From a virus (Duplodnaviria > Caudoviricetes): DNA of 38,729 bases. Positions 16,125 through 26,354 of this stretch are shown here, piece by piece. A model generated the notes under the pieces. The model saw only the letters and a program-made list of their open reading frames with translations, ran no database searches and was not told the DNA's origin. The stretch's first letter is position 1. Every line of letters begins with the position of its first letter. The stretch covers positions 1-38,729 of IMG/VR virus record IMGVR_UViG_3300029825_000438; one strand, written 5' to 3'. The translations under genes and the position numbers were made by a program.

Positions 16125-19100
16125 TTATGAACCAGCAACTCGTTTATCTTTCATCTCAGTCTTTTTCATCTCTATTTTAAGCCATTCCTGGAAACCACGG
16201 TCTTTAACTAGTTTCCGGACAAGTTCACTGTCATTGATCACACTCATAAGCCATGATTTCAAGGATTCTTCATCAATACTGTCTGGTAAGTCTTCAAACT
16301 GTAAAGTAAGGTTTAAGTCCAAGGTTTCATGTATTTCCAACTCAGAAACGTTAGAACCAGAAGCAGTTGTTGTACTGAAACTCGACGGCGCCGGCCCTGC
16401 GTGAACCTTAGGTGAAGACCAACCATACCCTCCCTGATAGGCGGTTGTATCGTAAGTTTTACCATTAATTACCGCCCATACATGTCCTATATCTCCCCAG
16501 TACCCATGAGCCATGTACCCGGAAAGTCCGAAAGCATTGGCGAGGGCGAGCATGATCATAGCTCCATCCCAACAGTTGAAAGCTCCAGACTGGGCCATTT
16601 GGTATGGAGACCCGCGGCTGTTAAAGTAAAATGAGTATCGGGTCCCACCGATTAGTTTCCTGGCTACGGCGTCAAATGCCTGCATATTTCCCATTATCGG
16701 GAATGTGCTATTCTTGAAACTACCAACCGTGAGGCCCATATTTCCAAGGTCACCGAAAGTCGGGCGATAATTATTCACGTACTGCATTATCGTCCGATAC
16801 CAAGGATCACTGTAATCCCAGCCAGCATAATAACAATCTAACGGGTTCTGGCATGGTATAGCTGGAGCACTATCTAACTTATGTATTTCACTACTAGATC
16901 CTGAAGATCCAGGTCCAGGTCCTGCAAAACGACCCCTAGGTAAACTGCTCATTGGCTTGTTTTGGTACCGGTAGGGCATTGGACCTGCAAGGAAAAGGAT
17001 AGGGTTTCTTATTTTCCGGTAGAATGTACCTATATTACTACTTAAACGGTTAATCTCACTAGTTGTCTGACTGCGTACCTGACTAGCAGCGCTTATCAGA
17101 CTCGTCCGCATTCCATTCCAGGATTTCTTAACCTCACCCATAGACTGATTAGTCTTGGATTGAAGAGTGCCTAAAGTGCTTTTTGTGGTATTCAGAATAC
17201 TCGTGTACTTTGATTTGTTATCATTCGTTATTGTGGTGAGCGTGCTGCTCATATTCTTTTGTATACTGTTGTATTTGGTGCGGTTATCATTCAACAACGC
17301 TGTAAGTGTGGATGCGGTGTTACCCTGTATCCTTTGATAACCAGCCTGATTATTCGCTACAATTTGGTTAAGAGTGGTTTGCATATTACTTTGAATACCA
17401 CTAAAACCGGTCTGGGTGATGGTTGCCATTTGGTTCCAGGTGTTACCAATATTTTGCTGCATCTGACCGTACTGTTCATTCGCAAAAGATACAGTACCCG
17501 CAACAATCGCTTGAGCCTGACCACTACCCGCTGCAAGGCCAGTGGTATCCATACCTATAGTAGTTGTTACACTCTGTGATGGCATAGCAGCCACTGCACC
17601 CGCCACTGGAGAGGTAGCGACAGGTATATCAACAGGTCCAGGAGGTGTTAGGTTGCTGAAAATATCTCCAGTGGTATTATTGATTCCTGCTGCGAAGGCT
17701 TCACCAAGGGATTCACCATAGGCTTCCATGTTTGCTGTAGTAATCGTAGCCAGTGGTCCTTCTTTTGGTGGTGAATGTGGGAATAAGCTGGCAACCATGT
17801 CAAGGGCGCTGCGCAGTCCAGGTATAGCGTTTATTATAGCATTAATAAAGCTGTTTATAGCGTTAACTCCCCACTGATACATCCGGCCTGGTAAACTGGA
17901 AAGGTAACTTGCTATAGCGTTTATGATGTTACTTCCAACTGTGGTTGCTCGACTGTAAGCTTGACTTGCAAATGATACAATCCTACTCAAAGTATTCAAG
18001 AACCAAGTCCAAGCTTTACCTGGTAAGGTTTTAAGGAAGTTGATTACATTATTTACAAAGTTAGTACCCGCATCTTTCGCCCGGGCTATCATCTGATTTC
18101 TCCAAGCTAAAGCCTTAGCAATAACTAAAAGAAGTAAAGCCCAGGCTTTACCTGGTAGCTGTGATAACCAGGTGATAATACCAGTAAGGAAGTTCTGAGC
18201 CGCCGTAACCCCTTTTTGTACCAGTTCAATTGCAAACTGGCCAATACCAGTAATAATAGCAGTGAGAACCTGCATTACCAACGTGCCGGTTGCATTCCAA
18301 ACCTTTCCCATCGCCTCCTCAAAAGTAATATTACCCGCTATCAAATCAGCAAGGATAGTAATTAAAGTAGCTATATACTCAATAATAGCACCCAAGATGC
18401 CAAAAACGGTTTGCAGAGCAGCTCCAAAGAAGTCCTGGACAATACCAGCGACCATCATAATCGCTGGGCCGAAGGTGCTCCAAAATATCTCTGCAAGCTG
18501 GACAATAACACTCCAAACCTGTTGCAAGATACCCCATAATTGAGTAAATATATCATTAGCACCTGCAGCACCACCCCCTGAAATAGCAGCCCAGAGTTGA
18601 CCAAAAGCATCACCAACAGGTGCAAGGATGGACATTAAACCATTCCAGGCCTGTATTAACCTGTCAAGAATAGCCCCACCTAATTTTTGTAATGCAGCTC
18701 CAACCGGTGCCAGGGCACTTGTAAGTGCATTCCATGCAGCTATAAGGCTGCCCCATATCCAACCGGCTAACTGTTGTATTGATTGCCATAATCCATCTAT
18801 AGCCGCCCTAACTGTTTCATTATTGTAATATAAATATCCTAACACGGCAATTAATGCAATTATCGCTATAACTACGATCATTATTGGATTCATGCTCATA
18901 ACTAAATTTAAGGCAGTTTGTGCGGCAGTTACTAACCATGTGGCTGCAGCACCCGCAATCATAGCCACTCTATGAGCAACCATAGCTATTGTGCTTCGTA
19001 TGGTTGCTATGACATTACCACTCGTTGCGAATGTATAAGCGTTTTGTGCTGCGGTCGCTATCCATCCAGCCGCCGCTGAAGCCCTTTGTGCTACCGAACG

Positions 19101-20438
19101 GGCTTTTTCAGCCACAGTTTGCCTAATTGTGCTTAGTGTAGTTGCATTATTGGTATTTTGCAGAATACCAAGGAAAATAAGAAGTGATTTGAAACTACCA
19201 ATTACACTACCTAAAACCGGAAGTGCCATAGCAAATGCTGAAATTAAAGCTCCGAATACGATAATAAGTTTAAAAACAATAGGATTCGTCTTTTTGAGTT
19301 CCAACATGAAAGCTAAAACTGATTGAATCACTGGGATAAATATTTCCCCGATCTCCCTTCCAGCGGTGCTAAATGCTTTCTTAACCAGGGCTATCTGTCC
19401 GGGGGTGGTTTTAAGCATCTCATCCATTGAACCCCCATTTTCAAGGACTTTTTGAAGGGCGGCGTTGTAACCTTCAACATCCTCGGCCGCTCCAGACCAA
19501 CCAGCGTCTAACAAGGCTTGTCTTGTTATGCCGAAGTTGGTCTTCAGCATATCAAATTCGCCGTTAAGCCCACGGAAGGAAGCGACCATTAAATCCTGCG
19601 CTTCTTGGGTACTTTTACCCATAAGGATAGCTCTTTGACCTATATCGTTTACGGTCGGGCTTATAAGCTTTAATTGCTCATTGGTCATTCCCGTTGACAT
19701 CTTAATCTTAGCCATTGCGTTACCAAGATCATTCAAAGATATCAAGGATGAGTTGGTCATCGTATCTAATGAACCAATGAAATCGACCGCTGCATCTTTT
19801 GAGCCCATTGTTGCGGTCATAAGGGCTGTCATTTGTTCACGGGCCATTGCTAAACCGATAGTAGCTTCGTATATACTACCTAATCCGAGGGCTCCGAAAA
19901 CGGATGATACTGCCATTCCGAGTTCGCCCATACTATTCTGCAGGCTTTCGACTTTGTTTTTTGCATTGTCGAGTGCCTGGGCGAATCCTGTCCGTATTTT
20001 CTGGACAACTTCGGTTACTTTATTTTTAACCGTGTTAAATCCCGTTATCAGTTTACTACCGACGGTAGTGCTTTCAATCTTCTGTTTAAGAGTTTCCACA
20101 CCTGACTTAACTCGGTTTACTCCATTATTTACAAGGTCAAAACCTTTTAAAATAGCATTTCCAGCTCGCGTTCCCGATAACCCCATCCTATCAAGGAGTC
20201 CAGAAGCCTTAGTCACTTTGTTAATGTACTCCTGTTGAGCGTTACTAAGCTGGGCATAGGCAGACATCCCACTTTGACCTGTTTTAACAACAGCACCAGT
20301 AAATCGGTCCCCTGCTTGCCGTGCCTTGTCGGTTGCTTGGGCTATTTTGTCCATTTGCCCTTTAGTGGCGTTACCAACTTTAACAGCAACTTCAGATGCT
20401 TTGTCGATTGCTTTTATGATTATCGTCATTATAGCCAT
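16125..20438 (-). CDS. Tail tape measure protein with C-terminal transglutaminase-like peptidase domain
   Basis: 1437 aa, Ala/Gly-rich with Trp periodicity; NCWD...GHVW...YD triad. Confidence 0.92.
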   Translation of the reverse strand: MAIMTIIIKAIDKASEVAVKVGNATKGQMDKIAQATDKARQAGDRFTGAVVKTGQSGMSAYAQLSNAQQEYINKVTKASGLLDRMGLSGTRAGNAILKGFDLVNNGVNRVKSGVETLKQKIESTTVGSKLITGFNTVKNKVTEVVQKIRTGFAQALDNAKNKVESLQNSMGELGMAVSSVFGALGLGSIYEATIGLAMAREQMTALMTATMGSKDAAVDFIGSLDTMTNSSLISLNDLGNAMAKIKMSTGMTNEQLKLISPTVNDIGQRAILMGKSTQEAQDLMVASFRGLNGEFDMLKTNFGITRQALLDAGWSGAAEDVEGYNAALQKVLENGGSMDEMLKTTPGQIALVKKAFSTAGREIGEIFIPVIQSVLAFMLELKKTNPIVFKLIIVFGALISAFAMALPVLGSVIGSFKSLLIFLGILQNTNNATTLSTIRQTVAEKARSVAQRASAAAGWIATAAQNAYTFATSGNVIATIRSTIAMVAHRVAMIAGAAATWLVTAAQTALNLVMSMNPIMIVVIAIIALIAVLGYLYYNNETVRAAIDGLWQSIQQLAGWIWGSLIAAWNALTSALAPVGAALQKLGGAILDRLIQAWNGLMSILAPVGDAFGQLWAAISGGGAAGANDIFTQLWGILQQVWSVIVQLAEIFWSTFGPAIMMVAGIVQDFFGAALQTVFGILGAIIEYIATLITILADLIAGNITFEEAMGKVWNATGTLVMQVLTAIITGIGQFAIELVQKGVTAAQNFLTGIITWLSQLPGKAWALLLLVIAKALAWRNQMIARAKDAGTNFVNNVINFLKTLPGKAWTWFLNTLSRIVSFASQAYSRATTVGSNIINAIASYLSSLPGRMYQWGVNAINSFINAIINAIPGLRSALDMVASLFPHSPPKEGPLATITTANMEAYGESLGEAFAAGINNTTGDIFSNLTPPGPVDIPVATSPVAGAVAAMPSQSVTTTIGMDTTGLAAGSGQAQAIVAGTVSFANEQYGQMQQNIGNTWNQMATITQTGFSGIQSNMQTTLNQIVANNQAGYQRIQGNTASTLTALLNDNRTKYNSIQKNMSSTLTTITNDNKSKYTSILNTTKSTLGTLQSKTNQSMGEVKKSWNGMRTSLISAASQVRSQTTSEINRLSSNIGTFYRKIRNPILFLAGPMPYRYQNKPMSSLPRGRFAGPGPGSSGSSSEIHKLDSAPAIPCQNPLDCYYAGWDYSDPWYRTIMQYVNNYRPTFGDLGNMGLTVGSFKNSTFPIMGNMQAFDAVARKLIGGTRYSFYFNSRGSPYQMAQSGAFNCWDGAMIMLALANAFGLSGYMAHGYWGDIGHVWAVINGKTYDTTAYQGGYGWSSPKVHAGPAPSSFSTTTASGSNVSELEIHETLDLNLTLQFEDLPDSIDEESLKSWLMSVINDSELVRKLVKDRGFQEWLKIEMKKTEMKDKRVAGS

Positions 20439-20470
20439 AGCATAGATCCTCCCAGGAGAAAGTTTTTTTT

Positions 20471-20930
20471 CTATTTTTTGACTTGATTCATCTCTTTATA
20501 TAGTTGAGACCTTCCTTTGGTGATAAAGTACTCTTGAGGTCCTGTTAAATCAGCTTGAGATGATGCTAAATGATACCCACAGTAGTCAAGCCATATAATA
20601 TTACGTGCTTCATCAGTCCTAAGCAAGGCGTCGATGCTGAATTGTGAGATGTTAAAACCAGACAGATCCTGGATCTCCAGGAGTAACTCTTTAATTAGGT
20701 GTGTTGTTAAACGTTCTACGTCCTCTGAAGTCCATTTATCTGCATCTGGATGGTTATTATTAAGAGATAATACGATGAGTTCTATAGGGTCTCCCTCACT
20801 AATGTTACGGGCCTCTACTTTGGATATTGGACGTAAAGGAACCACATCATCTAAGATGTCTAAATAGATGAGTTGGGGTTGATTAACCCCGTTTTGTATA
20901 TCCTGTATCGTACAATTGCGTTCAGTCTTG
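20471..20930 (-). CDS. Tail assembly chaperone extension (gpT-like), probably reached by +1 frameshift
   Basis: Paralogy to the upstream chaperone extends 5' of the GTG at 20845 up to the junction; no canonical start codon in that stretch. Confidence 0.65.
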
Positions 20931-21377
20931 AAAGTCCTCTTCGTCCTCGTCCTCTTCTATCCCAATACCTGAAATCTCCCGCACAGCCTCAAAAACATCA
21001 TCGAAATCATCGTTAGTCATGCCTTCGATTTCTTCTTTAGTCCATTTCTCTGCATCGGGGTGGTCATTGTTTATACTAATGAAGATAGCCATTGTTTTTC
21101 CTGCCTGACTTGCTATTGTCATTTTAGCAAGGTCAATTGTACCTTTGGTTTCGAGTTCTGATTCAACATTTGCGTTCTTTTTTTGCCTCATTCCTCGTTT
21201 GGTCTTGGCTTTTTCGTTTGTCTCGAATTTTCCGTATGCTTTGGATTCTATTTTCTCAACTTCGACGGCCTCTTTTTTACTGAGCGGGCGTAAAGGGAGT
21301 TCATCTTCCATTGACTTTATAAATACTAGTTGTGGCTTTTTTGCTTTTTCTAATATTGATTCTTTACTTGCTACCAT
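20922..21377 (-). CDS. Tail assembly chaperone (gpG-like)
   Basis: Lies between major tail and tape measure genes; acidic C-terminus. Confidence 0.8.
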   Translation of the reverse strand: MVASKESILEKAKKPQLVFIKSMEDELPLRPLSKKEAVEVEKIESKAYGKFETNEKAKTKRGMRQKKNANVESELETKGTIDLAKMTIASQAGKTMAIFISINNDHPDAEKWTKEEIEGMTNDDFDDVFEAVREISGIGIEEDEDEEDFQD

Positions 21378-21436
21378 TCTAATTATCTCCTAGGTAATTC
21401 AGTCTATTTAATGCTAAAAAAAAGGAAAAAGGGAAT

Positions 21437-22519
21437 TTATTCTATCATATCCACGCCGCCAGGCACAATCTCAGGAATTAAGTTCTCCAACTTACAATAC
21501 ACATCCGCTTGTACCTCAGTCAATCCATCAGCCAGTTCCACATTAGTGGTTTTCAGGGCTTCCGGTGCTAGTTTCATTTTAATTGCATCGGATCCAGATG
21601 CGCTGTATTCAACTGTTGACATGCAGTCTGGGAAGTAGATGGTAAGTTTTTCAAGTGGATTATCACAAATACTGGCCAGGGTAATCTTGATAGGTACTTT
21701 AGCAATCTTACAATTACTAGGGGTAGATGCGCCCTCTTCTCCGTATTCAAACATTTCAATGTACTTGACTGTTTCGGGTTCCAGGGAAACCTCCATCTCT
21801 AAGGTGTTTGTCCTTGCGCCTGCGGTGGGTTTTATGAGCATGAAACGAGAGTTACCTATTCCAAAGGCATCGTCGGTTTTAATGTCATTGCTGACCTCCC
21901 ATTTCAAGCTACTGACAATACCAGGTGGTACTGCACCATCAAACTCCAATGCAACATCATAGAAAGCGAGTGGCACGATACCTTCGATTGTTTTCAGCTC
22001 AGCTGCAGTGGGCATATCCTTAATCATAGTGTCCTTCTGACTTACGCACTTTGCAGTGAATTTCAGGAATTCATTGGACACTTCCATACTGATGGACTGG
22101 ATTATGGTACCTTGGCATCTTTTTATGAATTCATCGAAGTGGCCATAAAGTGTGAAGCTAGGTAGTTTACGTTTTTCTCCACCCCAAAATTCATGAATAT
22201 TCGCCGTACCGGGGCTTCCAGGTGTTCCAGCGGTGTATTCATAATCCCCCAGGACACCTTTCAGGTAGTGGCCTATCTGTTTAAGATCAACTACACCGCT
22301 ATGTTCAGGGCTGGGTAGGTAAGTTCCAGGCCTTACAATCTTTGTTCCCCGGCTTCCTGTTGCTAGTTTAAGTGGGTCGCCCTCTATTTTTATGCTAGAG
22401 TCCTCAATTTCCATGTGGAAATCAGGGCCGCTATCTACAGCCGGACTCCCACTTGTGGGTACTACTCCGTAATTTGTTTCTTCTATGAGTCCTACGACTC
22501 TTTGTACTTCATCTGACAT
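21437..22519 (-). CDS. Major tail tube protein
   Basis: Position; ETNYG..P N-terminus and LPSFT motif; strong GGAGGT SD; T-rich terminator after. Confidence 0.8.
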   Translation of the reverse strand: MSDEVQRVVGLIEETNYGVVPTSGSPAVDSGPDFHMEIEDSSIKIEGDPLKLATGSRGTKIVRPGTYLPSPEHSGVVDLKQIGHYLKGVLGDYEYTAGTPGSPGTANIHEFWGGEKRKLPSFTLYGHFDEFIKRCQGTIIQSISMEVSNEFLKFTAKCVSQKDTMIKDMPTAAELKTIEGIVPLAFYDVALEFDGAVPPGIVSSLKWEVSNDIKTDDAFGIGNSRFMLIKPTAGARTNTLEMEVSLEPETVKYIEMFEYGEEGASTPSNCKIAKVPIKITLASICDNPLEKLTIYFPDCMSTVEYSASGSDAIKMKLAPEALKTTNVELADGLTEVQADVYCKLENLIPEIVPGGVDMIE

Positions 22520-22559
22520 GGTTAATTAACCTCCAAAAAAGTCTTTTTATTTAATTTTT

Positions 22560-23072
22560 CTATAATCGTCTACAGTACATCCACTGAATAGGATACACAA
22601 ACTCAAGAATCAACGCAGCAGCCGGCACATCCTCGGCCTTTCCCTCTATCTCCACCGCTCCGTCAGGTATAAATGTGTTGAAACGTACGTTTTGGAACAT
22701 TCGATCGGGATCATCAGGGTCACTTTTAACTCGGTTGAAGTTTTTAATAATGGATGCTCCGACTCTTGTCGCTAGATTACGAGCTTTACTATCTCTTTCT
22801 GATGGTGTTTTACCTGTTTCTATGCAGATAAATTCGTAGGGAGTCATCAGATATTGGGTATTTGAGAGATTATAGTCTTTTCCTGTTTCAACTACTGTAG
22901 GATGTTCACGTATCCAAACTGTTGATGGTTTTAAAACGATATCGGTTTGGTGGGTGGGTATGATCTGTTGAAGGTCGGTAAGAATCCCATCTTCGGTCTT
23001 TTCAACTGTTAAGTAGTTTTCTATTATCCTGGGCGGTGCTGCCAGTCCCTCGGTTAATGGTAGTGCCGTCAT
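22560..23072 (-). CDS. Tail terminator / completion protein
   Basis: Size and position immediately before the major tail gene. Confidence 0.6.
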   Translation of the reverse strand: MTALPLTEGLAAPPRIIENYLTVEKTEDGILTDLQQIIPTHQTDIVLKPSTVWIREHPTVVETGKDYNLSNTQYLMTPYEFICIETGKTPSERDSKARNLATRVGASIIKNFNRVKSDPDDPDRMFQNVRFNTFIPDGAVEIEGKAEDVPAAALILEFVYPIQWMYCRRL

Positions 23073-23074
23073 TT

Positions 23075-23515
23075 TTATAGGTCTCCTTGGTTTTCCAGTG
23101 TAGCTCTTATCACGAATTCATCACTACGTTTTTCAGTCTGTGTGATAGATTTTTCGACGAATCGGCGGGGCTTGATACCTTTAACTGATTTAACCACTAC
23201 TTCGTTTCCTTTATAGACGAATTTAAGGGCTTTTTTAGTTTTGGGTACGATCTTCTTTCCCTTGGGGCCATAAATACCTGTTCCGTCATTGACATAGGAT
23301 GTGTACTTGGCACTGCTGTAAACCTTACCACCGGGGGCAGGAACCGTCGCAAGGAACCATCCACCCTGCATTTTTCCTTCATCTACGGGGCTGTTTCGTT
23401 GTAGGTTTCCCTTTAACTCAATACGGCTGAGTTGGATGGCACGTTTAACAATCTTACCCATAGCGCCTTGAGGTTCGCCCTTCTTGAGTTCAATTTCAAC
23501 ATCCATGGACACCAT
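23075..23515 (-). CDS. HK97 gp10-like neck/tail completion protein
   Basis: SPVDEG...YTSYVNDGT...GIKPRRFV motifs. Confidence 0.85.
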   Translation of the reverse strand: MVSMDVEIELKKGEPQGAMGKIVKRAIQLSRIELKGNLQRNSPVDEGKMQGGWFLATVPAPGGKVYSSAKYTSYVNDGTGIYGPKGKKIVPKTKKALKFVYKGNEVVVKSVKGIKPRRFVEKSITQTEKRSDEFVIRATLENQGDL

Positions 23516-23518
23516 GGT

Positions 23519-23911
23519 TTAGTCACCAGTTATAGCAAAAAAGTCAATACTATCACTTTTATTGGATTTATCCACCACAAAAGGCTTTAAATCTCTTCTT
23601 AAGTCACTGGTAAGTATATCACTACTCGACACCGTAACCTTCCAATCATTCACCTTAATCAAAGGCGTGTTTTTCCTTGTCTGGCTAAAAGCAACCATAT
23701 TTGCGACAGCCCTTAGACAAACCAAAGATACAGCCCCCGGAACACTTTCTTCAAATGTGGTGTGGGTGTGGGCGTCGATTAGGCTTGTACAGTAGCCTAT
23801 CCACCTGTTAAGGATGGTGTCAAGCCCATCGGTGTCTTCTGCTTCCAAGCCGAGTTGATCGGGTCGTATTTGGGTTAACTCTTTAACTTCTTCAACTGTG
23901 CAATAAGTCAT
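23519..23911 (-). CDS. Head-tail connector (adaptor) protein
   Basis: YCTVEEVK N-terminus; GGAGG SD; ATGA overlap with the methyltransferase stop. Confidence 0.75.
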   Translation of the reverse strand: MTYCTVEEVKELTQIRPDQLGLEAEDTDGLDTILNRWIGYCTSLIDAHTHTTFEESVPGAVSLVCLRAVANMVAFSQTRKNTPLIKVNDWKVTVSSSDILTSDLRRDLKPFVVDKSNKSDSIDFFAITGD

Positions 23912-24471
23912 AAGGTTCTCCTCCAAGTGTAGATGCCAATAGTTTTACCAGGTACGTCTTCCATTTCCGCTGAGTATAAGAGTTCCAGGTAAGGATAATT
24001 AGTCTTCATGTAATCTGCATTTACTTCTGGTTGTAGATGCTCTTCATGGGGGTTTTCGTGTGTACTGCTCTGTTTTAATTGGAAGGGGATGCTGACTAAT
24101 AGGTGATTCATTTTGTTTTTACGGATCCATCCCCCGAGTAGTGCCTGGGCATCCTCCAAGGACAAATGTTCCAGGACATCTCCCAGGATGATCAGATCAT
24201 AATAAGTAAAACTGAAATCCAGAATATCATCAATAAATATGCGACGATAATAGCGCTCCAGTTTAAGCTCTTTAATACCCTGTTCATAGACATCTACTCC
24301 GTCAATGTTTTTATAACCATTTTTCCTTAGTAATCTAGCATATATTGCACATCCAAAACCAACATCGAGGATCTTCGCATCCATGGGCACGTGCTCTTTA
24401 ATCCACCCCACAGCTTCTCGTTTCCCTGTTTTAGTAGAGAAACCACGGCCATAGTCATTAAAGGTAATCAT
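23908..24471 (-). CDS. Class I SAM-dependent methyltransferase (small-molecule/sugar type)
   Basis: ILDVGFG, GVD, YDLIILGDVLEHL; lacks the DNA-MTase motif IV. Confidence 0.85.
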   Translation of the reverse strand: MITFNDYGRGFSTKTGKREAVGWIKEHVPMDAKILDVGFGCAIYARLLRKNGYKNIDGVDVYEQGIKELKLERYYRRIFIDDILDFSFTYYDLIILGDVLEHLSLEDAQALLGGWIRKNKMNHLLVSIPFQLKQSSTHENPHEEHLQPEVNADYMKTNYPYLELLYSAEMEDVPGKTIGIYTWRRTL

Positions 24472-24486
24472 AGTTTTATATTTCCT

Positions 24487-25101
24487 TTAATCCCCGGGCC
24501 ATAGTTGGGGTTGTGGTTCAATATCCTTCCAGCTGTTTTCATAGTGATGTTTGGCGTATTTTCGTCTAATCTTCCAATTTTCTAATCGAAGGATATCTTC
24601 ATCTTTAAGCATTTGAGAAACAAATCCAGGGCCTGTGCGGAAACAAACATGATAATCCTTGTTTTCCAGTGCAAATCCGGGTAAACTATCAACTAAAAGT
24701 TTAATAAGCCGGTGATTAGGGGTGCATCCTATGAAAGCGTTGTTTAAATAGGGTATACCATATCGGGGATGGTTTTTTTTCCATATTTTACCGTCTTGAA
24801 CTATGAAGAAATCCGCATCCTCAATTAATGGGGTGATATTTCTTATGCAGCTGTAATCCATGTCTGCATAAACACCACCAAACTCTTTAAGCACTTCCAA
24901 ACGAACTACATCAGATTTTTCCGCATAGGTTATCGCTTTATCATAAAGGGTTTGATTCTCCAATTCAGGAAGGTTATCCTCAGTCCAAAGCTTGAATTCC
25001 CAGTCCCGGTGATATCGTTTCCATGACCGGCGATAGTTCTTAAGTTTAAGAGGTATACGTCCCCCTAACCAGATACCATGAATGATTTCGGGTATATTCA
25101 T
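24487..25101 (-). CDS. DXD glycosyltransferase, GT32/OCH1-like (Gly_transf_sug)
   Basis: IPEIIHGIWLG, KSDVVRLEVLKEFGGVYADMD, TGPG, HHYENSW. Confidence 0.9.
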   Translation of the reverse strand: MNIPEIIHGIWLGGRIPLKLKNYRRSWKRYHRDWEFKLWTEDNLPELENQTLYDKAITYAEKSDVVRLEVLKEFGGVYADMDYSCIRNITPLIEDADFFIVQDGKIWKKNHPRYGIPYLNNAFIGCTPNHRLIKLLVDSLPGFALENKDYHVCFRTGPGFVSQMLKDEDILRLENWKIRRKYAKHHYENSWKDIEPQPQLWPGD

Positions 25102-25289
25102 TTCTCTGTTTTTTTTACTGTTTGGGCTTCCTTTGGTGGTTCAGTGGCTTTAATTGTCTTTTCAACTGGTTTACCTGTTTTTTTAGTTGTCTGTTTTTGT
25201 ATTTTGTCTAATTCCTTTTTAATCAGTTCATACTGGCTACGGGGTGTTTTCTGTTCTGGTTTTAAGTTTTTCCATTCAGGCAATGGCAT
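25098..25289 (-). CDS. Small Lys/Thr-rich protein after MCP
   Basis: GGAG SD; ATGA-coupled to the glycosyltransferase. Confidence 0.7.
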   Translation of the reverse strand: MPLPEWKNLKPEQKTPRSQYELIKKELDKIQKQTTKKTGKPVEKTIKATEPPKEAQTVKKTEK

Positions 25290-25331
25290 GTTTGATCAAC
25301 TCCATTAAAAAAAGAGGGATAATAGGTTTTA

Positions 25332-26342
25332 TTATCCTGATGAACCTGATGAACCGGTATCTGGATCCTCAAGGTCAGGGAATGCTGAAACATTCATGAA
25401 CTCATTAACCAGGTTCACATCCCCACGCATGGTTACAACCCATTCAGTTGTTTCTTTAGCTGGATGCCTGTCAGGTTCCATTCCAATCTGTCTGTAAATA
25501 CCCATAGCAAGATTAGATGGGGTGTAGAGCATTGCAGCTGGACTTCCTGTTAATTCTTGTAGTGTGGTGTCATCCAGACTGGGCACATGTTTAACAGGGA
25601 TACCACGATAAGTTAAGGGTCTGAATCCTTGGATGGTTTCATCACCTAAACTGGTTCCACGGCTGGCGAGTTCATCCCTATATAGGTCTTCATATTCAAA
25701 TGGTACACCAAACCGGAATTTATTCCTATTACCCAGGAATTTCTTTGGTATTAATTCCAGCATAGCCTTAAATAGTCCTTCAACATCCTTACCATCAGCT
25801 ACTTCTATGTCGTAGACATTATATGCACTGCGGTGTAACCACCCTTTGGTTGTTGCCAGTAAATCATCATCTGCAATCTCTATTTCATCACTGTTTGCAC
25901 CTAAAGCCCATACTTCAGTATCATCGCTGATTCCTTCTGCAATGAGGTCTAGTAGGGTGTTTACAAATGCTTTGCCTTCGATGTTGTCTTCGAGTTCATC
26001 GTCCTCGATTTCAGCCTGAGATTTTAACTTAGTTGCTACCAGCTGATTCTGCCATGTCTTGAATTTAACCTTTTCATCAGCGTCTAGTTCCCTGGTTAAT
26101 CCATCCTCATCATAACCACTGTGAAGTACACGGCCATCAAGTGTTACTCTATCCAGGTTTTTAGTATGGCTTTTCATACTCATTACACTGGCCTCAGCCA
26201 GCACTACCTGTTCACGTGTTATTTCTCTTATAAATCTTCCCGCTTGTTCTGGGTTTAATATGGCTTTGTTAAAGGTTTGCACGGCGAGTGCGGATGCTTT
26301 ATTACTTACTATATCAGATAGTGCTTTGTGTGCTACTGACAT
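25332..26342 (-). CDS. Major capsid protein (HK97 fold)
   Basis: LNPEQAGRFI, LEDNIEG motifs; follows the protease; strong SD. Confidence 0.9.
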   Translation of the reverse strand: MSVAHKALSDIVSNKASALAVQTFNKAILNPEQAGRFIREITREQVVLAEASVMSMKSHTKNLDRVTLDGRVLHSGYDEDGLTRELDADEKVKFKTWQNQLVATKLKSQAEIEDDELEDNIEGKAFVNTLLDLIAEGISDDTEVWALGANSDEIEIADDDLLATTKGWLHRSAYNVYDIEVADGKDVEGLFKAMLELIPKKFLGNRNKFRFGVPFEYEDLYRDELASRGTSLGDETIQGFRPLTYRGIPVKHVPSLDDTTLQELTGSPAAMLYTPSNLAMGIYRQIGMEPDRHPAKETTEWVVTMRGDVNLVNEFMNVSAFPDLEDPDTGSSGSSG

Positions 26343-26354
26343 ATTATCATCTCC

